In this document: positions 49,454-61,559 of the stretch, one piece after another
Layout of the letters: the number at the start of each line of letters is the position of its first letter
Position numbering within the stretch: position 1 is the first letter of the stretch
Assembly: GCA_002104905.1 (NCBI GenBank)
Contig: MCFE01000181.1
Location: forward strand, 62,001 to 126,000
Direction of reading: 5' to 3'
DNA length: 64,000 nucleotides
Origin: Basidiobolus meristosporus CBS 931.73
Lineage: Eukaryota > Fungi > Basidiobolomycota
Program-made: the position numbers and the translations under genes
The notes under the pieces: model-generated
What the model was told of the DNA's origin: nothing
Databases searched by the model: none
The model's input: only the letters and a program-made list of their open reading frames with translations

Positions 49454-52400
49454 TGTTATGACCTGCTGCTTGAATGTTTAAGTTAGATCAGTTTTTAGTC
49501 AAATCAATTAGTATATGTTTAGGTTATCAGTATATCAGTATTATCTATGGAATTAGTAGCATTAGTCAGCAAATGAATCAGCAGATCCTTATCAGACAGA
49601 AATAGATATATTAAGTAGGATCTTATTGGGTGATGATGATGCAATCAAATGAGTCATCAGCTACAACCTACATTAGGAAATACAATTAGTCAGCAATTGA
49701 TCTGGCAAAATGTATATAAGGAGCTGCTGGAACCTCAATAAAAATTGGTTCAAGTTTCAGTGAATACAATACTAGCTAAACTCCCTATTCCTCTACAACT
49801 CTTATACCAAGACTTGTAACATTGGTAGCAGCAATAACCAAAAACCTCCCTCCAGAACAAAGAAGAAACCACCCTCAAGATGTTGGACAATCAAGAATGG
49901 AAGAATGCCATGCAGCAAATCCTGGCCCAATAGCAACAGTTACTCTGGATCCTCAGCCGACAGCAACAAGGAATGACTACCATGGCTCAGAGACAGCAAA
50001 GCCCTGTCAAGAGCAACTTTAGTGTGAAGGTCAACTGGTACCATGGCAGAGTCAATGAAAACCTGGGAACTTGGCTCTTTCTGATTGAAGAAGCTTTTAA
50101 AGCTAAAGGAATTGCTCCAGAGAGCAAGTTGCATTATGCAGCTTCTTACCTGGTAGATGCAGCTTTACAGTGGTACCACAACAAGATCAGGTCAGCTACT
50201 ATGATGGGATGCTCTACAATCTCTATCTGGAATGAGTTTGTGTCAGAAATTCAGGATGCTTTTGAACCTCCACACCAGCAGACACTACTAAGAAGGAAGT
50301 TAAAGACACTCAGACAGAAAGGAATGGTGCAAGAATACATCTATGAGTACAGATGTCTACTTGGACAAATTGAAAGAATGGACCCCTTGGATCAAGTTGA
50401 ATACTTTATTGATGGGTTGAAAGAAAGAACTCGCAAGGAAGTCAATTACCAAAGACCTCAGACTATTGAAGAAGCCATCAAAATTGCCATTGACTATGAC
50501 TCAGCTATGTTTGGAGTTGGGAAGCCTACAGTGACTTATCAGAAAGGCTATAATCATTATGAAAGAAGACAATCAGAAGCAGTACCAATGGAAATTGATG
50601 CTATGCAGAAGAATCCTTCCTCAGAAGAATGCAAGAAGGGAGGACTTTGCTTCAATTGCCACCAGCAGGGACATATTGCAAAGTACTGCCCTCAGAGAAG
50701 AAATGGACACCAGCCAACAAGAACCTTCAGCCATATTGAGTCCTGTGAACACAGTAATGTGGAAGATGAGCTTGAAGAAGACTTGGAGCTCACCTTCCAT
50801 GTGACAGAAGAGTACTTGTCCCAAATGACTTCAAACTCAGGGAAGTTATTGTACTTGAATGGAGTAATCAATGGAGTGCCTGCCAAGATCATGATTGACT
50901 CAGGAGCATCACATGAGTACATGTCAGAGCAATTTGCTTTGAAAGCTGGAATCAACTCTGAACCTACCAAATCAACTTCAGTCTCCACAGCTGATGGGAA
51001 CTCCCACATAATCAACCGTATTACCCAGCCAGTAAGAATGAAGATCAATGACTATGAAGAAGACTTACAGGCTTATATATTTGGGAACTGCAAGTTTGAC
51101 CTTGTACTTGGAAAAACCTGGCTATTTTGTTGTAATCCAACAATCTACTGGAGAACCCATGCTACTCAGATCCAAAAAGACAATAAGACCTATGAGCTAT
51201 TACCTGCCAGGCTGGATTTCAACTTGGTCAATTCCAGTGTGTGTGAGACAAGTGAACTTAGCAAGACCCAGTTCTGTAGAGCACTTAGAAAAGGTACCAA
51301 GATGTTCCTCATCGCGGTATTACAGGAGGATTCCTCTACCTCAGCACCCCAGCAGGTCCAGACTCTCTTGAAGAAATATTCAGATGTGTTTCCAGATGAG
51401 CTTGTAAGCCTACCACCAGTCAGAGACGTGGATCATGCCATTGACACAGGAGAGAGCCCTCCAGTGAGCAAGACACCTTACAGAATGAGTCCATTAGAAT
51501 TGGAGGAAATGAAGAGACAAATTGATCAGCTACTGGAGCAAGGATACATCAGGACCAGCAAGTCACCCTGGGGAGCACCAGTGCTTTTTGTGAAAAAGAA
51601 GGATGGAACACTTAGGATGTGCATTGACTACAGAGCCCTGAACTCAGTTACCATCAAGAATAAGTACCCCATACCTCAGATTGATGAGCTTTTGGACCAA
51701 CTTAATCGAGCCACTATTTTCAGCAGGATTGACCTCATGTCAGGATACAACCAAATTGGGGTGAGACCAGAAGATATTCCTAAGACAGCATTTAGGACCA
51801 GATATGGACATTACAAGTACTTAGTCATGAGTTTTGGCCTCACTAATGCCCCTGCAACATTCATGACACTGATGCTGACTGTCTTTCAGGAGTACTTAGA
51901 CAAGTTTGTGATAATCTACCTGGATGACATAGTGATATACAGCAAGACAGAAGAGGATCACATAGTGCACACTGAAAAGGTCTTGAAGAAACTAAGAGAG
52001 AACAAGCTATATGGCATGCTAGCCAAGTGTGAATTTTTCAAGGAACATGTCGAATACCTGGGACACATAGTGACTAGCACAGGAGTGACCTTAGATCCCA
52101 AGAAGGTTGAAGTTATCAAGAATTTGAAGCAGCCCCATAGGATATCAGAACTCAGATCCTTCCTTGGAATGGTTCCCTATTATCAGAGATTTGTCAAGTC
52201 ATTTGCAAATATTGCAGCCCCATTAACTGATATCCTCAAGAAAGACAATACCTACAAGTGGGACATAGCTTGTGAGACTGCCTTCCAGTTGCTCAAGAAT
52301 GAACTTGCTAAGCTGCCAAGCCTAAGAATACCAGACTTCAGAAAAGAGTTCACTCTGTGCACAGATGCTTCAGATTATGCAATTGGTGGAGTGCTGAGCC

Positions 52401-54391
52401 AAGAACACAAGGGAAAGGACTACCCTGTTGCCTTTGAATCCAAGAAACTGAACTCAGCAGAACAAAGCTATCCAGTCCATGAGAAGGAGATGCTTGCTAT
52501 AATACACTGTTTGAAGACATGGAGATGCTATATTGAAGGAGTCAAATGCACTGTGAAGACTGATCATGCCTCCCTCAACTATATATTTACTGAGAAGGTA
52601 CTCTCTAGAAGAATGACAAGATGGAGTGAATACATTCAGCAATTTGACTTGGAGATTGTCTACTGCCCTGGTAAAACCAACACGGTTGCTGATGCCTTAT
52701 CAAGATTAGATCAAGTTGCACAACTCAACTTGGTGCATGAATCAGATTGGCCTAGCCTATTACCAAAGTACTTGGAGGACCAAGCCATTCCTAATGAGGT
52801 GGATGAAGATATCAAGAAGATAATCCATGATGAAGCCAGCAAATTTGTTGTACAGGATGAAACACTCTACCAAATTGTTGATGGAAGCCCTATTGCCTAT
52901 TGTCCTTATGTTGCTCGCCTGGATTTAATACATAAGCTACACAATGGATATGGACATCTTGGGATTGAAGGAACCTATAGCCTTGTGAAAGCCAGAGCAT
53001 GGTGGCCCAGAATGAAACAAGATATTGAGAAGCTAGTGAAAACATGCCCAAACTGCCAAATCAAACAAGGCCAGCCACAAAGAATTGCCAAACTCTTCCC
53101 TTTGGAGCCTGTAAGACCACTTGAGAGATGGGGAATTGACTTTATTGGAAGACTGCCAACTACCAGGAAATGCAACCATTGGATCCTAGTAGCAATTGAC
53201 CATGCCTCTAAATGGCCAGTTGCTAAAGCTGTACCAATAGCCAGTGAACAAGAAGTTGCAAGTTTCATTTACCATGAGATCCTGATGAGCTTTGGATGCC
53301 CTGTGGAGATCTTATCTGATAGAGGAGCAAACTTTATGGCAAAGACATTAGAGGCTTACCTGGAAATGCAGCAGATCAGACACTTGAAAACCTCAGCATA
53401 TCACCCCAGAACTAATGGAGTCACTGAGCGGTTTAATGGATTATTTGGAAAAATGCTGACCAAGTATGCAAATGGAGTTGTCAGTAGATGGGATGAGTAT
53501 ATAGACCAAGCACTCTTTGCATGCAGAGTCAGAATACACAACACCACCCAGCAATCACCATTTTACTTAGTGTATGGATGTGGACCAAGGATTCCAGGAG
53601 ATCTCACACAACCCAAGCTTATAGATGCTTTAGAAGATGAACTTAGTCAGCCAAGTAGACACCAGCAACTGGAACAAAGACGTCAAGAGGCACAGACCAA
53701 AGTATCTCAAAGTGCAGAAAAGATGAAGCAGAGATTTGATAAGACTATAGCACCAGAAGCATTGACAGTTGGGAACTTTGTATTGCTAAGAAACAACACT
53801 TGGAAGAAGTTTGAGCCACAATGAACAGGACCATTCAAGATCATCAGAGAATATCCATTTGCAACTTACCAACTGGTGGACAAACAAGGCAATATCCAGG
53901 AAGACTTAGTGCATAGGGACAGACTCAAGCTTGCAAGACTTGCTGATAACACTGAACCATCAAGATATTGGTATCACAAGAAAAGAGATTCAGGAGAACC
54001 CTCTCAACTTTAGTAGGGGAGAATGTTATGATCTGCTGCTTGAATGTTTAAGTTAGATCAGTTTTTAGTCAAATCAATTTGTATATGTTTAGGTTATCAG
54101 TATATCAGTATTACCTATGGAATCAGTAGTATTAGTCAGCAAATGAATCAGCAGATCCTTATCAGACAGAAATAGATATATTAAGTAGGATCTTATTGGG
54201 TGATGATGATGCAATCAAATGAGTCATCAGCCACAACCTACATTAGGAAATACAATTAGTCAGCAATTGATCTGGCAAAATGTTTATAAGGAGCTGCTGG
54301 AACCTCAATAAAAATCAGTTCAAGTTTTAGTGAATACAATACTAGCTAAACTTCCTATTCCTCTACAACTCTTATACCAAGACTTGTAACA
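49454..54391 (+). mobile_element. Ty3/gypsy copy G3, full length, inserted antisense in the leader of G2
   Basis: 368-bp LTRs at 49454-49821 and 54024-54391 (~11 differences). 4-bp TSD TTCT. PBS TGGTAGCAGC (iMet-type) at 49823 and PPT at 54012-54023. Confidence 0.95.
49973..53824 (+). CDS. Single-frame Gag-Pol polyprotein (capsid, CCHC knuckle, protease, RT, RNase H, integrase); premature TGA removes the last ~63 codons
   Basis: Motifs [73 protein letters not shown] and TERFNG. G1 has W-TGPFKII where G3 has TGA. No chromodomain seen. Confidence 0.93.
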   Translation: MTTMAQRQQSPVKSNFSVKVNWYHGRVNENLGTWLFLIEEAFKAKGIAPESKLHYAASYLVDAALQWYHNKIRSATMMGCSTISIWNEFVSEIQDAFEPPHQQTLLRRKLKTLRQKGMVQEYIYEYRCLLGQIERMDPLDQVEYFIDGLKERTRKEVNYQRPQTIEEAIKIAIDYDSAMFGVGKPTVTYQKGYNHYERRQSEAVPMEIDAMQKNPSSEECKKGGLCFNCHQQGHIAKYCPQRRNGHQPTRTFSHIESCEHSNVEDELEEDLELTFHVTEEYLSQMTSNSGKLLYLNGVINGVPAKIMIDSGASHEYMSEQFALKAGINSEPTKSTSVSTADGNSHIINRITQPVRMKINDYEEDLQAYIFGNCKFDLVLGKTWLFCCNPTIYWRTHATQIQKDNKTYELLPARLDFNLVNSSVCETSELSKTQFCRALRKGTKMFLIAVLQEDSSTSAPQQVQTLLKKYSDVFPDELVSLPPVRDVDHAIDTGESPPVSKTPYRMSPLELEEMKRQIDQLLEQGYIRTSKSPWGAPVLFVKKKDGTLRMCIDYRALNSVTIKNKYPIPQIDELLDQLNRATIFSRIDLMSGYNQIGVRPEDIPKTAFRTRYGHYKYLVMSFGLTNAPATFMTLMLTVFQEYLDKFVIIYLDDIVIYSKTEEDHIVHTEKVLKKLRENKLYGMLAKCEFFKEHVEYLGHIVTSTGVTLDPKKVEVIKNLKQPHRISELRSFLGMVPYYQRFVKSFANIAAPLTDILKKDNTYKWDIACETAFQLLKNELAKLPSLRIPDFRKEFTLCTDASDYAIGGVLSQEHKGKDYPVAFESKKLNSAEQSYPVHEKEMLAIIHCLKTWRCYIEGVKCTVKTDHASLNYIFTEKVLSRRMTRWSEYIQQFDLEIVYCPGKTNTVADALSRLDQVAQLNLVHESDWPSLLPKYLEDQAIPNEVDEDIKKIIHDEASKFVVQDETLYQIVDGSPIAYCPYVARLDLIHKLHNGYGHLGIEGTYSLVKARAWWPRMKQDIEKLVKTCPNCQIKQGQPQRIAKLFPLEPVRPLERWGIDFIGRLPTTRKCNHWILVAIDHASKWPVAKAVPIASEQEVASFIYHEILMSFGCPVEILSDRGANFMAKTLEAYLEMQQIRHLKTSAYHPRTNGVTERFNGLFGKMLTKYANGVVSRWDEYIDQALFACRVRIHNTTQQSPFYLVYGCGPRIPGDLTQPKLIDALEDELSQPSRHQQLEQRRQEAQTKVSQSAEKMKQRFDKTIAPEALTVGNFVLLRNNTWKKFEPQ

Positions 54392-54809
54392 TTCTTTCCT
54401 TAGGAGAGAGGTTTCTGGTTACTGCTGCTTTCAATGCTACAAGTCTTGGTATAAGATCTGTAGAGGAATAGGGAGTTTAGCTAGTATTGTATTCACAAAA
54501 ACTTGAACTGATTTTTATTGAAGTTCCAGTAGCTCATATGCATTTTTGCCAGATCAATTGCTGACAAATTGTATTTCCTAATGTAGGTGGTGGCTGATTA
54601 CTCATCTGACTGCATCATCATCTCCCAATAAGACCCTACTTGATATATTTATTCCTGTCTGATAAGGATCAGCTGCTTCACCTGCTGGCTAATGCTACTG
54701 ATCTTATAGATAGCACTGATACACTAATAGGCTGAACATTTAACTAATTGATTTGATCAAAAACTGATATAACTTAGACACTCAAGAATAGACCATAACA
54801 AGGCAGCAT

Positions 54810-57800
54810 ATTAGTTTCTTATGCAAGTGGCTACTTTGATGTTTGAATAGGTAGCATTTTACACTACTTCAGAGTCAAGATGCATAACAACAGGTTCTGT
54901 TTCCTACTCTAAATTACTGTTTCTTTGCCAGGCTTATATGTATTTCAGTAATTGACTTTATACATTCAAGTACTTTGCTTCCAATTTGCATCAGAGTAGA
55001 AGCAGCATGATATGTGCTGCATTTGCCTTTGTGCCACAAAAATGAGACTTCTGTGCAGGTGAAAATTTTTCCAGATAAGGTTAGCAACAAGGTTTTCTGA
55101 TCATAAGAACCACCATAATGAGAATACCCCAGGAGCATAGTGACAGGCATTCAATGATTATGAATAGACTAATCTTTCCTTTTGCCCCAGTCCTCAGAAT
55201 CTGCAACTGGTAAGGAATAGTACAAAGCCGCTTTGTGGCAGCAAGCGGTATAGAGGGACTTCCAGTAATTGATTGAGTAAAGATTGTGAGAACTAGCAGA
55301 CTAGCTTGACTCAAAACAGCCCAAAGTGCTAAGGTTGATGAATTCATAGCTAAACTGGTGGGGCAAAGCTGCTCCTATACTCAAGGACTAGACTCTTGGT
55401 TAATACTGGCCCTAGTCACTTAGTTAAGCTCCAAAAGCACAATGTCAGCCTTGGCAGCTGTAAACAGCATATACCTGCAAAAACTAGCTGCCAGAAAGGC
55501 ATCACTTATAAACAAGGCTCCTACATGATGTGCAGATTATACAAATTGCTGTAAGCATCTGAGTAGGCAAACATGTAATAGTGCAAGAAAGTTGACACCT
55601 AACTTCCAAAGCTTGAGTTCAATGGTAGAACTGTGGATTACAGCATGCTAGAGCAACTGCTCAAGAACTGAGTGATTATTTTGCTATGCTATAGGATAAC
55701 ATTATAGCAGTTACACATTGCTGTGGGGCACTACAGCAAACAAATTTGGGCATTTTAGTCTGTGTGCAATCAAATATCTTGAATATGTGAGCTACTTTTT
55801 GTAATTGAGGTTATTAGGCATATCTATACTACAAATTGTGTTGAGACTGTTGAGGTACATCAGGGACTCTTTTTGATGCTTGCAAATGAAAAACTGTAAG
55901 CCCAAAGCAACCTCAATCAAAAACTATTAAAAATACTCAAACCTCTCTCAATTTTTGTATAAACTTGCTCAGATTTGAACCAAAGTAATTCATATCAATC
56001 ATTGATAGGTAGACTAATGTGCATAATATTATACAGATGAACATATCCTGCAGTAGCAGTGATAGAAGTTATCCAATCTATGTAGATTACCTGATTTGAC
56101 AAAACAGCACCAGGTGAGCATACTTTCAATTACTTATAAGGTGCTACAAGTGTGGTACTGGAATAGTCTCTTGTGGCAACTAAGTGTAAGTTTGATGGCC
56201 ACAGCAATGTGGATTAGTATGGAACTCTAGACACCAGATGGTTTACTACAGCAACAGCATTTCTATATGTCTGTGCTGCTCTTACTTGGAACTATGAAGA
56301 ATATCAATTATGGTGCTCTCTGCAACTGAAGCCAAGTAAAACAGCTTGTCAGGCAAAAACAAAGGCAAGTTGACTTCAAAAGCTATCAGCAGACTGGGCT
56401 GCAATCCAGAAGACACCACATATATTCAAATGGAAAAGCCATGTAGCATTTCTTCAGATAGGGATCTCATACATCACTATTGGAGAAAAGCTGAACAAAG
56501 TAGCTGAATATACTTGGCTTACTGCCCCACCAGCAAAATGGTTTCAGACAAAACTACAAGACCATCAGCTATGCCAGAACCTGGAATGCTAACTGACACC
56601 AAGAATAAGCGTTTTTTGAGACAAGTAGGAGTGATGAAATAAGGACAAACAGGTAGACTGAGGCAGATAAAAACTCACTTGACAACTCAACACAAGTCTT
56701 AGCTACTGTAGAGCCCATTTGCCATATTAACATTGCCTATCTACTCTGCTCTATTTATTTCATATTCTGTCATATCAGCTGAATGGTTACCTGATGTAGT
56801 CACATAGATTGTTACCTATGACACTCAGAGAATTCTCACCCAATGCCTGTAGAGTATATTTGAGATGATTTCAGTGACATACCATGTCCCAGATGATGAT
56901 GCTTTGTAGAGTAGTCTAAACTTGGGAAAACTGTGTGCACTTACCAAAATCTGCTATTCTTTTTACCAAATGAGGCAAGTGTGAGTGATAATCTGAATGG
57001 TCTTTACTGATATACACAGACTGCATTAAAATTATCTTAATGCTAGCAAATTATATTGAAGGATTGTTGAAACTCCATGAACTTATTACTATGCTTGCCA
57101 GTAAAGCTCAAAGCACTAATACAATCCTCCCACATGATTGTAAAGAGGGTAGGAATTTTAAAGTTGCTGACTTTATGATGACCTCATTGCAGGATCATGA
57201 CAGCAGATCTACTTGGGGCTAACTGCAGTACTAGATTATTTTTCTAGTGGTTTTTATAGGTAGTTGCCAAGGAATGGGAAGCTCAGCTGAGATATAAGAT
57301 GCCAAGTCAAACAGAGGTGGTAGAAGAACAACTTGATAGTTTTTTCATCATGCAAAGAAATCTCACTCATGTATCCAGTTCTCTCTGATAAGGATCATCT
57401 GATTTTCTGCTGACTGATGCTATAGGCTGCATAGATAACACCAACTCACCAATGGGCTTACCATAAATAATGAATGACCTGACTAAAAGCTGAGTTAACT
57501 AATTAACCTTAGCAGTAGAACTTTGCACCACTAAGATGAGCCTGTCATAAGCTGGCAACAAATTCAGACTCATGACAAGATGAAATCAATGCCTTCAGAA
57601 CACAATGTAAGCCCTTTGGAAAGGAGCTGTGCCTTAGATCTCATATAAGGAAAAGCCATTGGAACCAATATTGCATTTCTAATAAGCATTAGTCAACATG
57701 TTTCATGTACTCAGTCTCTAGGTTGCCTTTGGCCAGTTCTCTACTATATCCCTGTGTTTTAAACTTCATGCACTGAAGTATTTCCTGCATTTGCATTTGT

Positions 57801-58327
57801 TGGTTGGCTATGACTTTTTGTAGTCTTCCTTAACTATGAAAATAACTTGGTTCTCCAGGGAGATTCAATCTATGGTAGCGTCAGAACCCTATAATGATGC
57901 TGCTATAGTGACAATGGTGTAGAACATTGACACTTTTAGCAGCTGTTCAGTACATTTGCAATTATATTTTGCCATAAAGGATCCCCAAATGGGTGGTAAA
58001 CATGAGAGTGCTTGGATGGCCTTATGGGAGGGCTCTAGTTGCTATTTATCAGTTCTATTGGATTCTCTAATAGTTTGACAGGGCCCAATCAATTGATACA
58101 TTTGATTGACTTGTACACTGAAATCTAATGATGCTTTTGCATCATTTCTGCAATCTTCTGATGTCTGTATGGACACAGGGTAAATGCCTACTGCTGGCTC
58201 TGCATAATGCCGCTACACCAGTTTAGCACAGGTACTTGATTTTTGTAGCTCCCCTAGCATCATTTGAATTTTCAACTTGGAATTGCAGCTCTTTGTAATA
58301 TTATCCACCACCATTTGGCACAGATGC
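54810..58327 (-). mobile_element. Highly decayed Ty1/copia pol relic (integrase to RNase H) with further insertions
   Basis: Frameshifted remnants resemble DNGGEY (NGGG*YYKELQF, ~58300), RT (~57550-57750) and RNase H (GYS..YGGSYD..SGKIFTC, ~55000-55150). A diverged gypsy-type LTR-like segment lies at ~57200-57510. Confidence 0.5.
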
Positions 58328-59073
58328 ATTAGACTTGTTCCATCGTACCGTGCCAGGGCGCGCGGCGCGATCCGCGGTCGCAAAGAACAATCGGGCGCGA
58401 TATTATAGCTACCAGAAGGCAGGATTGTTCTTGGACAATTTTGCACTATGCGGGACAATATTGCACACTATGGCACAATCTGATATGATGAGGTTGGCGC
58501 GGATGATCACGCCAACTAGTAATGCTTGCATCACGTGCGCAATTGGATACCGCTATAATGGCAGGTAAAATCCGGTATTTGGATATGTTTCTTTAATGTA
58601 AATGGAAATAAATGTGTATCACACTATAAACTATAATGATACTTACCATTTTGGTTTCCCTCACTCCAATTGGACGGTATCTCAGTGGTTAATTGGTCCA
58701 AAAGTATCCTGAAGCTGGCAGCCCCCAATTGGCTCATTGACTACTGAAAAAGCTACCTGATTTGCCATCAAATATCCCATTTTACCCATTGAGCAAGTAA
58801 ATCCCTGATCCTAGTGATTGGGCAAGGTGTCATAGCTAGCACGCAAGCAATCATGTAGGTGCAAAACAGATCCAATAGCTGCACTGGTATTACAGATGAC
58901 GTATATATATGCAGGGTGTTTATTTATAGGGGTTCTGTCTCAAATGTGAGACGACCTTGATATTACTTATATCAAAAATTTGATGATCACTGATTTGCGA
59001 TGGCTTGATTTGGATCGCAAAAAAAAAGGGTTGTCGGGATCATTACGGATGTGAGCGATTCAAAGCAATCGCA

Positions 59074-60315
59074 TCATCTTCTCCTGGGTTTTTTTCTCAC
59101 AGGGATTACTACTGAAGCATTTGGTAGTGACTCACTTTGCACACCTATACTACTTCCTGGCTGACTATCATCTTGGCTACTTGTGTATTCGTAGTCAGTA
59201 TTTTGCCTCCTAGTTGATGAGTGCAATGCTGCAGCTTGGCCGCGCTGAATCGCTCCAACTGAACCAACTGAACCAACTGAACCGGCCTGTAGTGCCACGC
59301 GCTGACGCATTCTTTTACTTGCCAAGGGCTCCGGTGGTTGAGTCACTTCATGTTGGTCATCATCAGTCAGTTCACCAGAAGTAACTCGCTGATGGTCAGG
59401 CAAAACAGCACGCGCAGGCACGCCTTGACGCGTTGAGATGGCCCTTGGCTGAGTTTGATGTGATGCCGCATGTTGACGCGACTTGGTCCGCTCCAATGGA
59501 CTTGTGTCTAAATGAGCAGTTTGGCGAGTTCTGGTAGTTTTGCTCTGAAGCGCGCGCGTTGACTCAACGCGGGGCGTTCTGGTAAAGGGTGTTGGCATGG
59601 TCTGGACTGACGTGCGCCGGCGCGCTGTGGCTGCAAGAGATGGTAGGGAATCCAGCGAGGCGTGCTGGCGCGATCTGGACAATGTTGCTCGCGGTCTGTA
59701 TTCTTCCTCCTGAAGCTCACCATCTGATTCCTCAAGGTATTCACTTACCCTCTGTCTGATACTTTGGAGCTGTTGCCTGGATGAGTCCTGTGTATATTGC
59801 TCTTGGAAGCCACTTAGCTCTACTAATATATCACGTAGTACATTAGTCATTTGAGGCAAAAACTCATTCAAAATCTCTTTGGTTCCCAAAGTTGAGGCAC
59901 GAACGGACGCGTCTGGCCCATACTGTGCAAATTGCGCGCGAAATTGTTCCCGCGCGGCTTCCTTGTCAAATCCCCTCACTCTCAGCTCATTCTTGATTTC
60001 AATACTTGTCTTGTTATATATCTTTTTACATACATCAGCTGGCATCTTGATGTAGAACTCATGCCACAGCTTTCTACTCAAATTCTTCCATCTTTGTTGA
60101 CTCTCTGAGGTATCTAGTTCTGCTAGATTAATCAGTAGTGCCCAAATATCTGTATGAAGGCTCATCATAGACACTTGGGCCATACTAAAATCATTTGGCA
60201 AGAACTCGAACGGATCCAACATTGACTTTTCTGGTCCGGACCGCGCTTGTGAGCTGGGGGATGGGTTTTGTCTGGGTTGTACTAAAGATGAGTTGAGGCT
60301 TGGTATGGGGACCAT
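59074..60315 (-). CDS. Partner protein of the PHIS element, 413 aa, possible Myb/SANT-like helix, disordered C-terminal half, terminal NLS-like PVRKKPRRR
   Basis: Long open frame inside the TIRs, head-to-head with the transposase. QQRWKNLSRKLW resembles a Myb/SANT recognition helix (inference). A homologous decayed copy at 61744-62372 keeps the same stop position. Confidence 0.7.
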   Translation of the reverse strand: MVPIPSLNSSLVQPRQNPSPSSQARSGPEKSMLDPFEFLPNDFSMAQVSMMSLHTDIWALLINLAELDTSESQQRWKNLSRKLWHEFYIKMPADVCKKIYNKTSIEIKNELRVRGFDKEAAREQFRAQFAQYGPDASVRASTLGTKEILNEFLPQMTNVLRDILVELSGFQEQYTQDSSRQQLQSIRQRVSEYLEESDGELQEEEYRPRATLSRSRQHASLDSLPSLAATARRRTSVQTMPTPFTRTPRVESTRALQSKTTRTRQTAHLDTSPLERTKSRQHAASHQTQPRAISTRQGVPARAVLPDHQRVTSGELTDDDQHEVTQPPEPLASKRMRQRVALQAGSVGSVGSVGAIQRGQAAALHSSTRRQNTDYEYTSSQDDSQPGSSIGVQSESLPNASVVIPVRKKPRRR

Positions 60316-60674
60316 AGCAACGGATTTGGATACTTATACAGCAGTATATTGGCATCAACCTGGTCTTATATGAAATATATATGAAAACTAATGTGATTGT
60401 TGAATTTTCCATTTATTATGCATGATGCATCTTGGATCGCGTTGACACGGATCAGATCACATCAATCGCAGATTTCCTTTTTGATTATAGACCTATGATT
60501 AAAGCATCAATAAAAGTACCAAGGCATTGTATGCGGATGATTTTTGCGACATAATGATGGGATACATGGCAATTGATGGAGATTTAACCATAATGTGTTA
60601 AAAATCAGATAAATAACGCAGATTGCGCCAAATCGATTCAAACCGCCACAATACAATCATCCATCAATTTTAAT

Positions 60675-61559
60675 ATGACTTACTCATCTGAATGGTCTTT
60701 TCTCATCAATCCCATCACTACCACTGGATTTCCTTTTGACACACTGGAGGAGATCTATTCCAAGTACTGTGGACCATCAACCCCAATCTACTCAAGGAGA
60801 TCCCTTGTTAAGCTTCTCTGCTATTACAAGAACTATTGCCCTACAAGGTTTCATCCCACCATCCATGGCAACAAAAGTCCTAGAAGCTTTCATTCCCAGC
60901 TGACAGCAATGGAGAACCACCTTGCAGAGGGTATGAATGACTTAGAGCAAGCTTGGAATACTAGGTTCAGAAGCTCCAATAGACTTCCATATCCCAGAGT
61001 GTTCAGCAACAGGTTCCATATCAGGAGTATTTTGGATACCTTCCCAGTGAGGATTAACAGACCTTCTAGAGGGCAGAGGCACTTTTATTCTGGCAAGTAC
61101 AAGGCACACTGTGTGAAGTTTCAAGCACTGTCTGACATTGAGGGTAACATCATCTGGTTTAGTGGGCCATTTGCTGGAAGTAGGCATGACAAAGCACTCT
61201 GGGTAGAGAATCATCCTGAATTCAGTAGAGGGGAGAAATGTATGGCAGACTTGGCCTATATAGGAGAGGATTGTCAGAGATTAGGATGTATTACAGCTTA
61301 TAGGAAGCCAAGGAATGGTGTGCTTAGCAGGAAGCAGAAGCTCTACAATGAGATATTTAATCATTTCAGAGTACGGGTAGAGCACACATTTGGATATCTG
61401 AAGAGATTCAGCATATTGGCAGGTAAATACAGAGGAAAGTCATATATAGGAGAAAACAGCAGAATAGGTAAAATAGTTAAGATACTTATCAATGCACAGT
61501 ATGTTCATACAAGAAGACATCCACTGAGAGAAATGTGTCTGGAGCATTATGAAGAGTAA
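60675..61559 (+). CDS. DDE transposase (DDE_Tnp_4 / IS5-ISL2-like), 294 aa, intronless and intact
   Basis: Catalytic-type motifs SILDTFPVRINRP, FYSGKYKAHCVKFQ, GPFAGSRHD, MADLAYIG, RKP and YNEIFNHFRVRVEHTFGYLKRFSIL. Confidence 0.92.
   Translation: MTYSSEWSFLINPITTTGFPFDTLEEIYSKYCGPSTPIYSRRSLVKLLCYYKNYCPTRFHPTIHGNKSPRSFHSQLTAMENHLAEGMNDLEQAWNTRFRSSNRLPYPRVFSNRFHIRSILDTFPVRINRPSRGQRHFYSGKYKAHCVKFQALSDIEGNIIWFSGPFAGSRHDKALWVENHPEFSRGEKCMADLAYIGEDCQRLGCITAYRKPRNGVLSRKQKLYNEIFNHFRVRVEHTFGYLKRFSILAGKYRGKSYIGENSRIGKIVKILINAQYVHTRRHPLREMCLEHYEE

Larger units (their letters stand above)
40030..54800 (-). mobile_element. Ty3/gypsy copy G2 (oldest, heavily mutated, 3' LTR missing), hosting G1, G3 and a solo LTR
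   Basis: 5' LTR at 54435-54800 and degenerate PBS. Gag-pol fragments at 49341-45300 and an integrase tail at 40355-40030. Host sequence rejoins across the G1 and G3 insertions. Confidence 0.85.

Noticed and set aside
48318-49821. Identical 368-bp length of the copia family 2 LTR and the gypsy LTR
   Set aside because: The sequences, termini and TSD lengths (5 vs 4 bp) are unrelated, so this is a coincidence.
53825-54013. Chromodomain at the gypsy integrase C-terminus
   Set aside because: The tail after TGPFKII ends in RYWYHKKRDSGEPSQL within ~60 residues and lacks the chromodomain pattern.
56300-56700. Possible Tc1/IS630 transposase relic (GISYITIGEKLNKVAEYTW)
   Set aside because: Only a weak helix-turn-helix resemblance, with no TIRs, TA TSD or catalytic motifs identifiable.
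59254-59285. Tandem 9-mer (AACTGAACC)x3
   Set aside because: It encodes GSVGSVGSVG within the partner ORF. It is a simple coding microrepeat with no spacers, not CRISPR-like.
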